From assembly GCA_034520885.1 (NCBI GenBank), contig JAXHNE010000008.1:100-64099 (forward strand): a stretch of 64,000 bases of DNA. Direction: 5' to 3'. Below the pieces are notes generated by a model. It was not told the origin of the DNA, made no database searches, and saw nothing but the letters and a program-made list of their open reading frames with translations. The DNA is from Candidatus Saccharimonadota bacterium (GTDB lineage Bacteria; Patescibacteriota; Saccharimonadia; Saccharimonadales; JAXHNE01). How positions within the stretch are numbered: position 1 is the stretch's first letter; each line of letters begins with the position of its first letter. The position numbers were made by a program, and so were the translations under genes. Below are positions 18,006-27,018 of this stretch, piece by piece.

Positions 18006-18650
18006 TTATACTAAAAAACTACGGGTTTCGGGGGTGAGTTCGCCGCTGTAGATGATTTCCGTCAAGATACTGCTGACCTCTTTTCGGAGGTTCGGGAGCT
18101 CTTTTCGCTCCTTATCCGATAAATTGGCCAGAACGAAATCGCTGCTGTCCATTCGGGCGGGCTTTTCATCGCTGCCAACGCCAATGCGGACTCGGCCGAA
18201 GTTGCTGCCAAAGTGTTTTATGACATCCTTAAGGCCATTATGCCCCGCCGGTCCGCCACCCATGCGGGTGCGGATTTGCCCGAACGGAATGTCCAGCTCA
18301 TCGTGAACCACGAACGTATTCTCGGCGGAAATCTTATAAAAGTCGGCAATGGCCCGCACCGCTTCCCCGCTGCGGTTCATCATGGTACTCGGTTTAAGCA
18401 GCATCACGCGGGTTTCACCCAGGGTTTTTTGGCTGATATACCCTTTCATGTCCTTTTTTTCGATCCACTGCGGAAATTCATTAGTGTGGGCAAAATAATC
18501 CACGCACATAAACCCCAGGTTGTGACGGGTTTCGAGGTACTTTTTGCCGATATTGCCCAAACCCACGATCAGCACGGTTTTATTATGGCCAAAACTGTAC
18601 ATTTGTTTGCCAACATCTTGCGTGAACGGATTTTTCTGCAAAATTCCCAT
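18006..18650 (-). CDS. pth: Peptidyl-tRNA hydrolase
   Basis: Motifs LIVGLGNIGKKYLETRHNLGF and GGGPAGHNGLKD. An alternative start at 18602 is possible. Confidence 0.9.
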   Translation of the reverse strand: MGILQKNPFTQDVGKQMYSFGHNKTVLIVGLGNIGKKYLETRHNLGFMCVDYFAHTNEFPQWIEKKDMKGYISQKTLGETRVMLLKPSTMMNRSGEAVRAIADFYKISAENTFVVHDELDIPFGQIRTRMGGGPAGHNGLKDVIKHFGSNFGRVRIGVGSDEKPARMDSSDFVLANLSDKERKELPNLRKEVSSILTEIIYSGELTPETRSFLV

Positions 18651-18751
18651 GTGCTTGTAGTGTAACGTAAATCGCGTAAAAAGCCTGAAATTACGCGGGG
18701 AGGTGTGCCGTGACGCTCCCGTAGCGACGAATCACCGGTTCATGAAGGGTT

Positions 18752-20143
18752 TTAGTTTTGCGAAGAGTCGGTTTCTTGAACTTTATTTCGTTCGGAGCGT
18801 TTGGGGTCGCGGCGGTCGAAGAACCAAAACCGAATGGCCGTGCCCTCAAAACCAAAGGTTTCACGGAAGCTACGCTCCATGTGGCGCTTGTAGGACCAAT
18901 GCAAGAACTTGGTGTCACTGCCGAACACTTTAAAGTTCGTCGGGTTGTCGCTTTCTTGCATGATGTAGTGCAGTTTGGGCTTTTTATTTTTCAACCCCGC
19001 CGGCGGGTGTGAATCGGTGGTTTTTTTGAGCCATTTATTAAGCTTCGCGGTTTTAATTTGCGTTTGCCGGCGCCCATAAATTTCAAGCGCGAGTTCGAAT
19101 AGTTTGGTGACATTTTGCCCGTCTACCGCGCTGGTGAAAATAAGCGGCGCCCAGGGTACGAAATCAAATGTATGCATAATGTGTCGCCGGGCTTGATTGA
19201 ATAAATCGGCGGCGCTTGCCTCGTCGGAAGTCCGTGACCTTCCTTCGGGGTCCCACTTGCTCACTACCAGTACGAGTCCTTTATTTGCCTCCTTGATCAT
19301 GCCGGCGATTTTTTGATCCAGGCTAACGCCGAGTTCATTGACGTCAATAAGTAATAAACAAATATCGGCTTGTTCAATGGCCGCCAGGGAACGAATGACA
19401 CTAAAATGCTCGATTCCTTTGCCGATTTTGCCGCTTTTACGGATGCCGGCGGTGTCCATCAAATGCATCTCGCGGCCTTCGTAGCGAACGTCAATTCGAT
19501 TCACGTCCCGCGTGGTGCCGGCCCGTTCGGAAACTACGGCCTGTTGTTTTTTGGCCATGGCGTTAAACAGTTTTGATTTGCCGACGTTCGGCCGCCCCAA
19601 CAACGCAAGATTTATTCGCGTATCTTCACTTCTTTTTTGCCGTTTGGGGATAACCTCGATCACTTCGTCCAGCAGCCGGTTAATACCGCCGTTTTGCGTG
19701 GTACTGGTTAAGACGATGTCTTTAATGCCGAGTTTTTTGTAATCATTTTCGGTGGCCTTTTTGGCTTTATCGGCTTTGTTGGCGACCAAAAACACCGGTT
19801 TCTTGGATTTGAGAGCCAGTTTGGCTAAGCGACGGTCTTCTTCGGTGATTTTGGTGTCGGCTTCTATAACCACCCAAATAACGTCTGCGCTGTCCGCGGC
19901 CTGGGTGATCTGTTCCTGAATAGTGAACTCGAAATCATCTTCCGGTGTCTTGACCCCGGCGGTGTCCACCAGCCAAAATTGCCGGTCATGATGCTGTGCA
20001 ATGGCGAAGATACTGTCCCGGGTGGTACCCGCTTCTCTTGCCACTATCGCTTCACGGCGGCGTAAGACGGCGTTGAATAGGCTGGATTTGCCGACGTTGG
20101 CGCGACCAACGATAGCAACAATCGGCAACGACTTACTCATCAC
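18752..20143 (-). CDS. der: Ribosome-associated GTPase Der/EngA
   Basis: Two GTPase domains (GRANVGKSSLFN and GRPNVGKSKLFN; DTAG twice) plus a KH-like C-terminus. Confidence 0.95.
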   Translation of the reverse strand: MMSKSLPIVAIVGRANVGKSSLFNAVLRRREAIVAREAGTTRDSIFAIAQHHDRQFWLVDTAGVKTPEDDFEFTIQEQITQAADSADVIWVVIEADTKITEEDRRLAKLALKSKKPVFLVANKADKAKKATENDYKKLGIKDIVLTSTTQNGGINRLLDEVIEVIPKRQKRSEDTRINLALLGRPNVGKSKLFNAMAKKQQAVVSERAGTTRDVNRIDVRYEGREMHLMDTAGIRKSGKIGKGIEHFSVIRSLAAIEQADICLLLIDVNELGVSLDQKIAGMIKEANKGLVLVVSKWDPEGRSRTSDEASAADLFNQARRHIMHTFDFVPWAPLIFTSAVDGQNVTKLFELALEIYGRRQTQIKTAKLNKWLKKTTDSHPPAGLKNKKPKLHYIMQESDNPTNFKVFGSDTKFLHWSYKRHMERSFRETFGFEGTAIRFWFFDRRDPKRSERNKVQETDSSQN

Positions 20144-20221
20144 ACCTCCAGAAACGGAAGATGAAAATCGAAAAAAGAAAATAGTCGCTGCAAAGTAGGT
20201 AGCTTTTACTCATCCAGAACA

Positions 20222-20875
20222 TTATATATTAATTTTTTCAAATTTTCCAGAGGTGATAGTGCCGAGTTTATGGGGTCCGAACTGGGTGCGGTGCAGTTTT
20301 TTGACGCTGTAACCGAGCGACGCGAATGTGCGGCGGATTTGGCGGTTGCGGCCTTGGTGCATACTTACGTGCCACTGCTTCCCTTTCCCGGAAAGTTGCA
20401 AGGAAGAAACGCCGTCCTCCAGCGCGACCCCTTCCTGTATCTTGGTTCGGTCACTTTCTGTAAGTTCTTTGTCAAGTGTTACTTCATAAAGCTTTTCTTT
20501 TGTAAAGCTTGGGTGTGTCAGTTCGTGGTGCATCTGCCCGTCGCTGGTAAGTAACAGTAAGCCCGATGAATCCTTGTCCAAGCGGCCGACCGGTTTTAAA
20601 TGTGTATATTCTTCCGGGAGTAGTTCGTAAATGGTTTTGCTTCCCTGCCCCCGGCGTGAACACACATAACCTTTTGGCTTATGGAGTAAAATAGTGATGT
20701 CGTTTTCCGGAGAGGTTATGATTTCTCCGTCTAATGTTACGACATCATCGGGATCTACCTGGGCGCCAATATGCGCGACGTGCTCGTTAACGCGTATTTT
20801 ACCTTGGCCGATCAAGTCGTCAGCCTTACGGCGGCTTAGGCCACTAGCATGGGCAATGAACTTATTTAAGCGCAT
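20222..20875 (-). CDS. RsuA/RluB-family rRNA pseudouridine synthase
   Basis: S4 domain (MRLNKFIAHASGLSRRKADDLI) and the catalytic GRLDKDSSGLLLLTSDG. Confidence 0.85.
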   Translation of the reverse strand: MRLNKFIAHASGLSRRKADDLIGQGKIRVNEHVAHIGAQVDPDDVVTLDGEIITSPENDITILLHKPKGYVCSRRGQGSKTIYELLPEEYTHLKPVGRLDKDSSGLLLLTSDGQMHHELTHPSFTKEKLYEVTLDKELTESDRTKIQEGVALEDGVSSLQLSGKGKQWHVSMHQGRNRQIRRTFASLGYSVKKLHRTQFGPHKLGTITSGKFEKINI

Positions 20876-20898
20876 ATCATTAGCATAACGCGAAAAGG

Positions 20899-22716
20899 TT
20901 ATAGAGCGATAGAGTTCGGATCGTTGTTATCGTTGGGCCGGATGGCCGAACCTGACTGTGGGGGTGGGGTTTGTTGCTGCTGTGGTGGCTGTTGTTGCTG
21001 CTGTTGTTGCTGATTGTTTGGCGATACGACGGGTTGTTGGTCCGGTTTAGAAGCGTCGGAAACGGTCGGTGTCTGCTTGGAAGCTTCTTCTTCGGCTGCC
21101 ATTTTTTGGAGATCCAGTTTTTTATTGAGATCGTTCAAAGGCTTTATGACCTTCTTTTTACTGCTCGCGGCTACCGGATTGGTCGTGGTAGAGGTTTCGT
21201 CCTTGGATTCGGCTGGCTGGGGCGCGGGAGCCGTTTGTTGTTGATCGGCGCCGGACTTCTCCCCTTTCTCCAGCATGTTGTTCACGGTATCGGCCAACTT
21301 TTCGGCGGTTTCCGAAGCTTTGCCGGTTTGGTCTTCACTGCTTTCAGTTAATGGCGCCGTCTTTACCCCGATATTGGCGACCTGTTGCTTTGATTCTTGG
21401 CTTTTAGGGGCCTCGGAGGTAGTCGGCGCCGGGGTGTTCGGAGCGCTCGCGGGTTGTTCCGGCGGATTCTCGGAAGTTTCCGGTGTTCCGGCGTTTTGGC
21501 TGTTGGTAAAATCTTTGATCTGTTTGTTTACCACTTGTTGTTCGTGGGCGGAAGTATCGGCCAGATTGTTCGCCTCGGCATTACCGCTGGAGGCTTCGGG
21601 AGTTTTTGCCGGTTGCGCGGAAGTGGAAGTATCGCTGGAAGGGGGCGAGGCCTGTGCTTGGCTTTGTTGCGCCGCGGAATTGGCAACCGGAGAAGAAGCG
21701 GCCGCGTTTTGAGTTTGCTGAGGTTGGGGACTACCGGAAGCTTGTTCGCTGCTTCGTGAGGGCGAAGCAGGGCTCGCAGCCGCTTGGGGCGGATTTTGTA
21801 CTGGTGGCTTTTGCTGCTGAGGGGTTGTCGGTTGTTGCGCTGGTGGTTGTGCCGGCGCTTGTGATGCCGGCTTAGCTTTTGGGTCCGGCTCGGCGGAAGA
21901 AGAAGCCGCTGGGGGGCTTTTAGGTTCGGTGGGCGGTTGTGGTTCAGGTTGGGTTTGAGGCTGCGGAGCAGGTTGATTAGGTGTTTGTTGTGAGGGTTGT
22001 TGTTGAGGTGTCTGTGCGGGGGCAGTTTGCTGCTGTTCGTTCTCTTGCTCATTGGCAGGTGTTTGCGTTGGCGCCAGAGAGTTTGGTGTATCTGAGGTCG
22101 ACCAGCCATTCGTAGACGGTGTTTGTGGCTGAGGAGTTGATTGCGGCTGCACAGGTTTTTGAGCGGTTTGTGACGGTTGCGTTGAAGGAGTTTGCGTGCT
22201 GGAATCATCGTTTTGCGCAGGCTGGACAGGCGGAGTGGCAGGCCGTTGCTGAGCAGTTTGTTGATTATCTGAAGCTTGTGGGTTGTTTTGAGCTTGGTCG
22301 TTCCCTTGATTTTGCGCGGGCGCGTTGTTAGTTTGCCCGCCGCCGTCTTCGCCACTGAGTACCTCTTTGGCGACGTTGGCCACGTCTTCCAGCGTTACCT
22401 GTGATTTGACCAAGTAGCGATCGGCACCGAGCTTGTCCGCGCGGTTTTTATCTTCGGCTTGGGACAGAGCGGTCATCATGACTACCTTGGTATCTTTGGT
22501 TTCCGGCGTACTTCGCAAGATATCCAACATATCAAAACCGCTAATTTTCGGCATCATAACGTCGGAGATAATCAAATCCGGTTTTTCTTTTACCGCCAGT
22601 GCGAGCGCTTCCTCGCCGTCCTTGGCGGAGACAATTTCATGACCTTCCGCTAGCAAACGGGCTTCGTAAATCTCACGTAAATTGTTGTCGTCCTCGACGA
22701 GCATTATTTTTGACAT
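20899..22716 (-). CDS. Response-regulator receiver domain fused to ~480-aa P/Q/T/S/A-rich low-complexity tail
   Basis: The N-terminal 120 aa is a CheY-like REC domain (LVEDD...DLIISDVMMP...MMTAL..K). The remainder is compositionally biased and ends in a poly-Q run. No output domain is visible. Confidence 0.8.
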   Translation of the reverse strand: MSKIMLVEDDNNLREIYEARLLAEGHEIVSAKDGEEALALAVKEKPDLIISDVMMPKISGFDMLDILRSTPETKDTKVVMMTALSQAEDKNRADKLGADRYLVKSQVTLEDVANVAKEVLSGEDGGGQTNNAPAQNQGNDQAQNNPQASDNQQTAQQRPATPPVQPAQNDDSSTQTPSTQPSQTAQKPVQPQSTPQPQTPSTNGWSTSDTPNSLAPTQTPANEQENEQQQTAPAQTPQQQPSQQTPNQPAPQPQTQPEPQPPTEPKSPPAASSSAEPDPKAKPASQAPAQPPAQQPTTPQQQKPPVQNPPQAAASPASPSRSSEQASGSPQPQQTQNAAASSPVANSAAQQSQAQASPPSSDTSTSAQPAKTPEASSGNAEANNLADTSAHEQQVVNKQIKDFTNSQNAGTPETSENPPEQPASAPNTPAPTTSEAPKSQESKQQVANIGVKTAPLTESSEDQTGKASETAEKLADTVNNMLEKGEKSGADQQQTAPAPQPAESKDETSTTTNPVAASSKKKVIKPLNDLNKKLDLQKMAAEEEASKQTPTVSDASKPDQQPVVSPNNQQQQQQQQPPQQQQTPPPQSGSAIRPNDNNDPNSIAL

Positions 22717-22788
22717 GTGCTATTCCTTGTTTCGTACGCGCTTAATTACTTGCATTGATCCTATTGTACAACATGCTTTTGCTTACCG

Positions 22789-24525
22789 CTACCCCGCCTT
22801 CGCCGTGGTGTTGGCGGCCGGTTGTTGGGCTTGGTTCAAGGCGATAAGCTCGTTGGCTTTTTGCGAGGAAAGTCGCGGCAAATTGATATAAAACGTACTT
22901 CCCTTTCCTTCCTCACTCTCTACCCAGATGCGACCTTGGTACAATTCAACGATTTTGCGGCAAATGAACAACCCCAACCCCGTGCCGCCCACGGTGCGCG
23001 TGGAGCTGTTATCTACCCGGTAAAACTTTTGGAACAAGTGCGGTACGTCGTCCGCGGGAATGCCCGGCCCGGTATCTTGAATGTAGAGTTGAACCACCTC
23101 TTTGTTGCCGGTGAGGCCGATGGAGATTTTGCCGGATTCGGTGTATTTTACGGCGTTATCGAACAGGTTGGTAATGACTTCGCTGAGCCGGTCGGGGTCA
23201 ACTTTTACGTAATATAAGGGCTTGACGACTTTTTCGCCGCCAGTAGTTCCACCGGACGCGCCGATTACGAAGTCCAGCAATAACCCTTTTTTCTCCGCGG
23301 CGAAACGCAGCGAATCGGTAAGGCGTTCCATGAACTCGCCCATTTCCACGGCTGTGGGGTGGCTGACTAAGCGCCCGTCTTCGGCCTTGGCGCTGGTTAA
23401 CAGATCCTGGAACAGTTTACCAAGGTGCTGCGTGGAAGCGTGAGCTTTGTCCAGGTAGCTGCGGGCTTTTTCGTCAATGCTGGAGACGCGGGCGTTCATG
23501 GCCAGCGCCAAGTACCCTTCTATGGCCGCGACGGGCGTACGCATTTCGTGGCTGGCGGTACTTATAAAATCGGCCCGGCGTTTTTCTTCCGCCCGGGTGG
23601 CGCTCACGTCACGCATAATGGCAATGGCACCGGTGACCTCTTCGTTTTTGTCGGCCACGACCGGGGAAACCACCAAGGATACGATACGCTGGGCGCCGTT
23701 ACGGCCGATCAATTGCAAGGTTTGTTCAATCGGCTTTTTCTCCTGGAAGACGTTGTCAAAGGGGTTGTCGGAGGGAGCGATGTCTTCTCCGTCTTCGGTT
23801 TGTAATTTGACGACCAAGTGTACGTCGATACCCCCGGCCTCCTCCACCGTCCATTCGGTGAGTTTTGCCGCCGCCGGGTTCATGAGGCTAATGGCCCCTT
23901 CGGGCGTCACTACGATCATGCCGTCGGCAATGGATTGAATTAACAATTCGGCCTGCTGCTGCTTGGTTTGTAGTTGTCCGGTTAACTGGCGGATCTTTTT
24001 ACTCTCGGCGTCAGTGAACTTCATGCGCCACAGTAAGTACCCAATGAACCCCGCGGCGTACGTTCCCCCGACCGCTCCGAGAGCCACGAAGGACAGTTGC
24101 CCGCTGGCACTCGGTCCGGTTTCGATCAAAATGTAATAAATGGTAACTAGGAAACTGCACCCGATCACGCCGTACAAGCCGAAAATGCCGCTGGAAAATA
24201 CCGTAATTCCCCACACGATCAAGTACCAAGAATGCAGCTGCCCGGTATTATGGATCAAATTAATGACGTTCAGCGACAAAAGCATGGCGCCGTACAGCGC
24301 GGCGGCCCAGGGGTTGCGGCGAACTTCGCGCCGAAATAAAAAAGCACCGTAGAGGATATGCGCGATGGCGAGCCCGAGCGTGAGGGCCGAAAAGCCGGTG
24401 TCCAACTCCAGTTCTTCCAGGGGCGGAATAAACCAGAAGGCCAAAATCGCCACGGCCAATAACGCGCTAAACGTGGTCGCTATCCGGTTATGCCACTTAT
24501 AGTAAGCGTCAGCGACCAGCTGCAT
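22789..24525 (-). CDS. Sensor histidine kinase (polytopic N-term, PAS, HisKA, HATPase_c)
   Basis: H-box SHEMRTPVAAIEGY, N-box NLFDNAVKYT, and G-boxes DTGPGI and GGTGLGL. Confidence 0.85.
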   Translation of the reverse strand: MQLVADAYYKWHNRIATTFSALLAVAILAFWFIPPLEELELDTGFSALTLGLAIAHILYGAFLFRREVRRNPWAAALYGAMLLSLNVINLIHNTGQLHSWYLIVWGITVFSSGIFGLYGVIGCSFLVTIYYILIETGPSASGQLSFVALGAVGGTYAAGFIGYLLWRMKFTDAESKKIRQLTGQLQTKQQQAELLIQSIADGMIVVTPEGAISLMNPAAAKLTEWTVEEAGGIDVHLVVKLQTEDGEDIAPSDNPFDNVFQEKKPIEQTLQLIGRNGAQRIVSLVVSPVVADKNEEVTGAIAIMRDVSATRAEEKRRADFISTASHEMRTPVAAIEGYLALAMNARVSSIDEKARSYLDKAHASTQHLGKLFQDLLTSAKAEDGRLVSHPTAVEMGEFMERLTDSLRFAAEKKGLLLDFVIGASGGTTGGEKVVKPLYYVKVDPDRLSEVITNLFDNAVKYTESGKISIGLTGNKEVVQLYIQDTGPGIPADDVPHLFQKFYRVDNSSTRTVGGTGLGLFICRKIVELYQGRIWVESEEGKGSTFYINLPRLSSQKANELIALNQAQQPAANTTAKAG

Positions 24526-24766
24526 GGATTCCTTGCGTTTTATTGTGAGCAGCGGTTTCGTACGTCATTAAGCCCCACATTACTACTTTTGGTTATCTGG
24601 TAAACAGTATACGAAAAACGCGCGCAAAACGCTAACGCTGATAGTTCGACAGCCCGCCCCTGTTATGCTATGATTATTCGCGAGCTAAATGCTATAAGCT
24701 TTAAGCTAAAAGCTAAACGTAGTCCCATCGCCCCGGTAGTAACATCAAAGATGTACTACGGGATAC

Positions 24767-25073
24767 ATCTAACGGTCAGGCTTGCCCACCAAAGCTTCAG
24801 CGACGGCGGGACATCAGGCAGTCGTAATAAGGCTTATCCGTTTATCGAAAAAAACTGGGAATGTTTACAGGAGGCGGGTCGATCCCGAATCGAACCCCAC
24901 ACGTACGTTACAATAAACCAAGTCACGGTCCCTTCGTCTAACGGTCAGGCTTGCCCGCCAAAGCTTCAGCGACGGCGGGACATCAGGTTCTCTCCGCTGA
25001 AGAGCGGACTGAAAATAAGGCGGCTCGATTCCGAATCGAACCCCCACACGTACGTTACAATAAACCAAGTCAC
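24767..25073 (+). repeat. Two decayed tandem copies of the tRNA-Glu 5' half plus its upstream flank
   Basis: 24767-24818 and 24927-24992 match tRNA-Glu positions ~1/10 to 36. Each carries an identical-position 30-nt hairpin insert (CTTGCCC[A/G]CCAAAGCTTCAGCGACGGCGGG) in the D-arm. The flank CGAATCGAACCCC(C)ACACGTACGTTACAATAAACCAAGTCAC is repeated at 24880-24926 and 25033-25073. Confidence 0.7.
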
Positions 25074-25148
25074 GGTCCCTTCGTCTAGTGGTCAGGACAT
25101 CAGGTTCTCATCCTGAAAACACGGGTTCGACTCCCGTAGGGATCACCA
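25074..25148 (+). tRNA. tRNA-Glu (anticodon CUC), CCA encoded
   Basis: The cloverleaf folds by hand. The acceptor is GGTCCCT/AGGGATC, the anticodon loop is TTCTCAT, and the T-arm is ACGGGTTCGACTCCCGT. Confidence 0.9.
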
Positions 25149-25165
25149 CTCGACTCATTACATTC

Positions 25166-25196
25166 GCTCATGGCAAGCCATGGGCGTTTTTATTTT
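25166..25196 (+). terminator. Rho-independent terminator after tRNA-Glu
   Basis: Stem GCTCATGG / CCATGGGC followed by GTTTTTATTTT. Confidence 0.5.
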
Positions 25197-25311
25197 CGAA
25201 TGACTCTGAGCTTGTCGAAGAGCCGATGCGTTTCACGCCCCGTAAGGTCGGGTATTTTTCATCGGTGGTTTTCGCCGGCAGTTGCGAACTCTGTCAATCG
25301 TCCAGTGTCAC

Positions 25312-25587
25312 TTACTCGGCTTCCGGGAGTTCCGCTGGCGAGGCTTCGGCAGTTCTTTGTCGTTTTTTTATCATTCGGCGGCGTTGGCGTTCGGAAGTGC
25401 CACCCCACACGCCGTGATCAATTCGTTCGGTTACGGCGTAATCCAGGCACTCTTCCTGTACTAGGCACTCTGCGCATATCCGTTGCGCTATTAGCACGCC
25501 GATTCCATCGCTTGGAAAAAATGTTTCCGGTGGGTGGTCCCGGCAATCCCCGTCTTCCATCCATTCCGTACCCAGCTTCTCTGACAT
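25312..25587 (-). CDS. WhiB-like (Wbl) Fe-S transcription factor
   Basis: Four Cys in the C-Xn-C-X2-C-X5-C pattern (C..CAECLVQEEC), a GVWGG turn, and a basic tail RRRMIKKRQR. Confidence 0.85.
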   Translation of the reverse strand: MSEKLGTEWMEDGDCRDHPPETFFPSDGIGVLIAQRICAECLVQEECLDYAVTERIDHGVWGGTSERQRRRMIKKRQRTAEASPAELPEAE

Positions 25588-25610
25588 GAATTAACGATAC
25601 CACATTATCA

Positions 25611-26891
25611 CTAATTTACCAGTGGTATATCATCCCAATCACTGACGTAGCGGGGGCTTTTGATGGTTTGCCTGGATTCCCAGGCGCTTCCCATAAGTTC
25701 CGTGGCGTAGCGTACGGTGTGTTTGCCGTAGCGTTCGTTCAGCGTATCCACCGCGCGTAAACGGCGCTCCGCGCTTTGTTCTTTTTTAACGTCGACCGCA
25801 CCGAGTATATCGGTTTGTAGGTGGTCTTCCGGTACAAAATCCCCTAGCAATACCCCGGCGCGGTGGTAGGCATGCCCCGCCCGGTAACAGCCGTCCAGTA
25901 GTTCCATGGCGGCGTTAATGAGCTGGCCGGTGTCGGCGGTCGGCGTTTCAAAGTGAGCCTCCCCGCCCCAGCGGCCGTATCCCGGTTTATGCTGGTTGGT
26001 AGTAATAAAGATTGACAACCCGTGCGTGCGCAGACCGCTCATGCGTAAACGAAAAGCCGCGGCGTGCACGAAACTGGCCAAGGCGGCTTGTAAGTCCTCT
26101 TTTTTGTTGGTATCCCGGCCGAATGTGCGAGTCCGGGCGATGCTTTGGCGCACGCGCTTCTCGCGCTCCAGTGGAAAACACGACGTCCCGTTGAGTTCGG
26201 CCACCGTTTGCCGGCCGCGAATACTCAACAGTTGCTGGGCGTGCGCGGGACGCATACGAGCGTAATCCAAGGCGTTCATAACGCCTTCCGCCTTAAGTTT
26301 TGCCGCCAGACGCCGTCCCACGCCCCATACGTCTTCTATAGGAATCCGCAACAAGTGCTTTCCAATCGTTTGCAAGGAGGCTCCTTGCAAACTGAGGGCT
26401 CCTTCAAGGTTCGGGGCTTTTTTGGCGCGCTCCACGGCGGCTTTGGCCAGGGTTTTGCTCGGCGCGATACCGAAGGACACCGGTACGCCGATCCAATCCA
26501 GAATGTTTTGCCGCACGCGCCTTCCCCATTGCTCGTAGTCTTTTGTGGGGAGTTCGCTCAAATCCAAAAACGATTCGTCAACGGAGTAGATTTCAATTTT
26601 GGGCGTGACGGTAGCAAGTAAGCCGATGATTCGCCGGGAAATATCGCCGTAGAGCTCAAAATTAGCACTGAATGTGACTATTTTGTGTTTTTCGAACAGA
26701 TCCCGGTACTTAAAAGCCGGAGCACCCATAGGGATGCCCAGAGCCTTTACTTCGCTACTGCGGGCGACCGCGCAGCCGTCGTTATTGCTCAGAACGGCTA
26801 CCGGCCTATCTTCCAGGTCCGGCCGGAACAGTCGTTCACAGCTTACGAAAAAGTTATCACAGTCCACTAAAGCAAAGACGGGTCGCTTCAT
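25611..26891 (-). CDS. umuC: Y-family translesion DNA polymerase, UmuC-like
   Basis: FALVDCDNFFVSCERLFRPDL..PVAVLSNNDGCAVARS and YSVDESFLDL closely parallel the E. coli UmuC N-terminus. Confidence 0.9.
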   Translation of the reverse strand: MKRPVFALVDCDNFFVSCERLFRPDLEDRPVAVLSNNDGCAVARSSEVKALGIPMGAPAFKYRDLFEKHKIVTFSANFELYGDISRRIIGLLATVTPKIEIYSVDESFLDLSELPTKDYEQWGRRVRQNILDWIGVPVSFGIAPSKTLAKAAVERAKKAPNLEGALSLQGASLQTIGKHLLRIPIEDVWGVGRRLAAKLKAEGVMNALDYARMRPAHAQQLLSIRGRQTVAELNGTSCFPLEREKRVRQSIARTRTFGRDTNKKEDLQAALASFVHAAAFRLRMSGLRTHGLSIFITTNQHKPGYGRWGGEAHFETPTADTGQLINAAMELLDGCYRAGHAYHRAGVLLGDFVPEDHLQTDILGAVDVKKEQSAERRLRAVDTLNERYGKHTVRYATELMGSAWESRQTIKSPRYVSDWDDIPLVN

Positions 26892-27018
26892 ATCCGGACT
26901 CCGTAATTCCCGGTGCCCAATCCCCGGTTTTTATTCAACAGCCAATTCCTAAATACCAATCGGCCTATTACCGCATTGATCATTGATAGCAAAATTGAAA
27001 ACCGAAACGTTTGAAAAT

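Noticed and set aside
20971-22355. Long ORFs in other frames or on the other strand across the response-regulator tail (e.g. 21528..22355 -, 21275..21712 +).
   Set aside because: They are artefacts of the low-complexity, compositionally biased sequence. Only the frame continuous with the REC domain has a start, an RBS context and a recognisable domain.
24670-25116. 148-aa + strand ORF spanning the tRNA-Glu repeat region.
   Set aside because: It reads through tRNA-derived repeats, and its internal peptide repeats simply mirror the DNA duplication. It has no RBS or domain.
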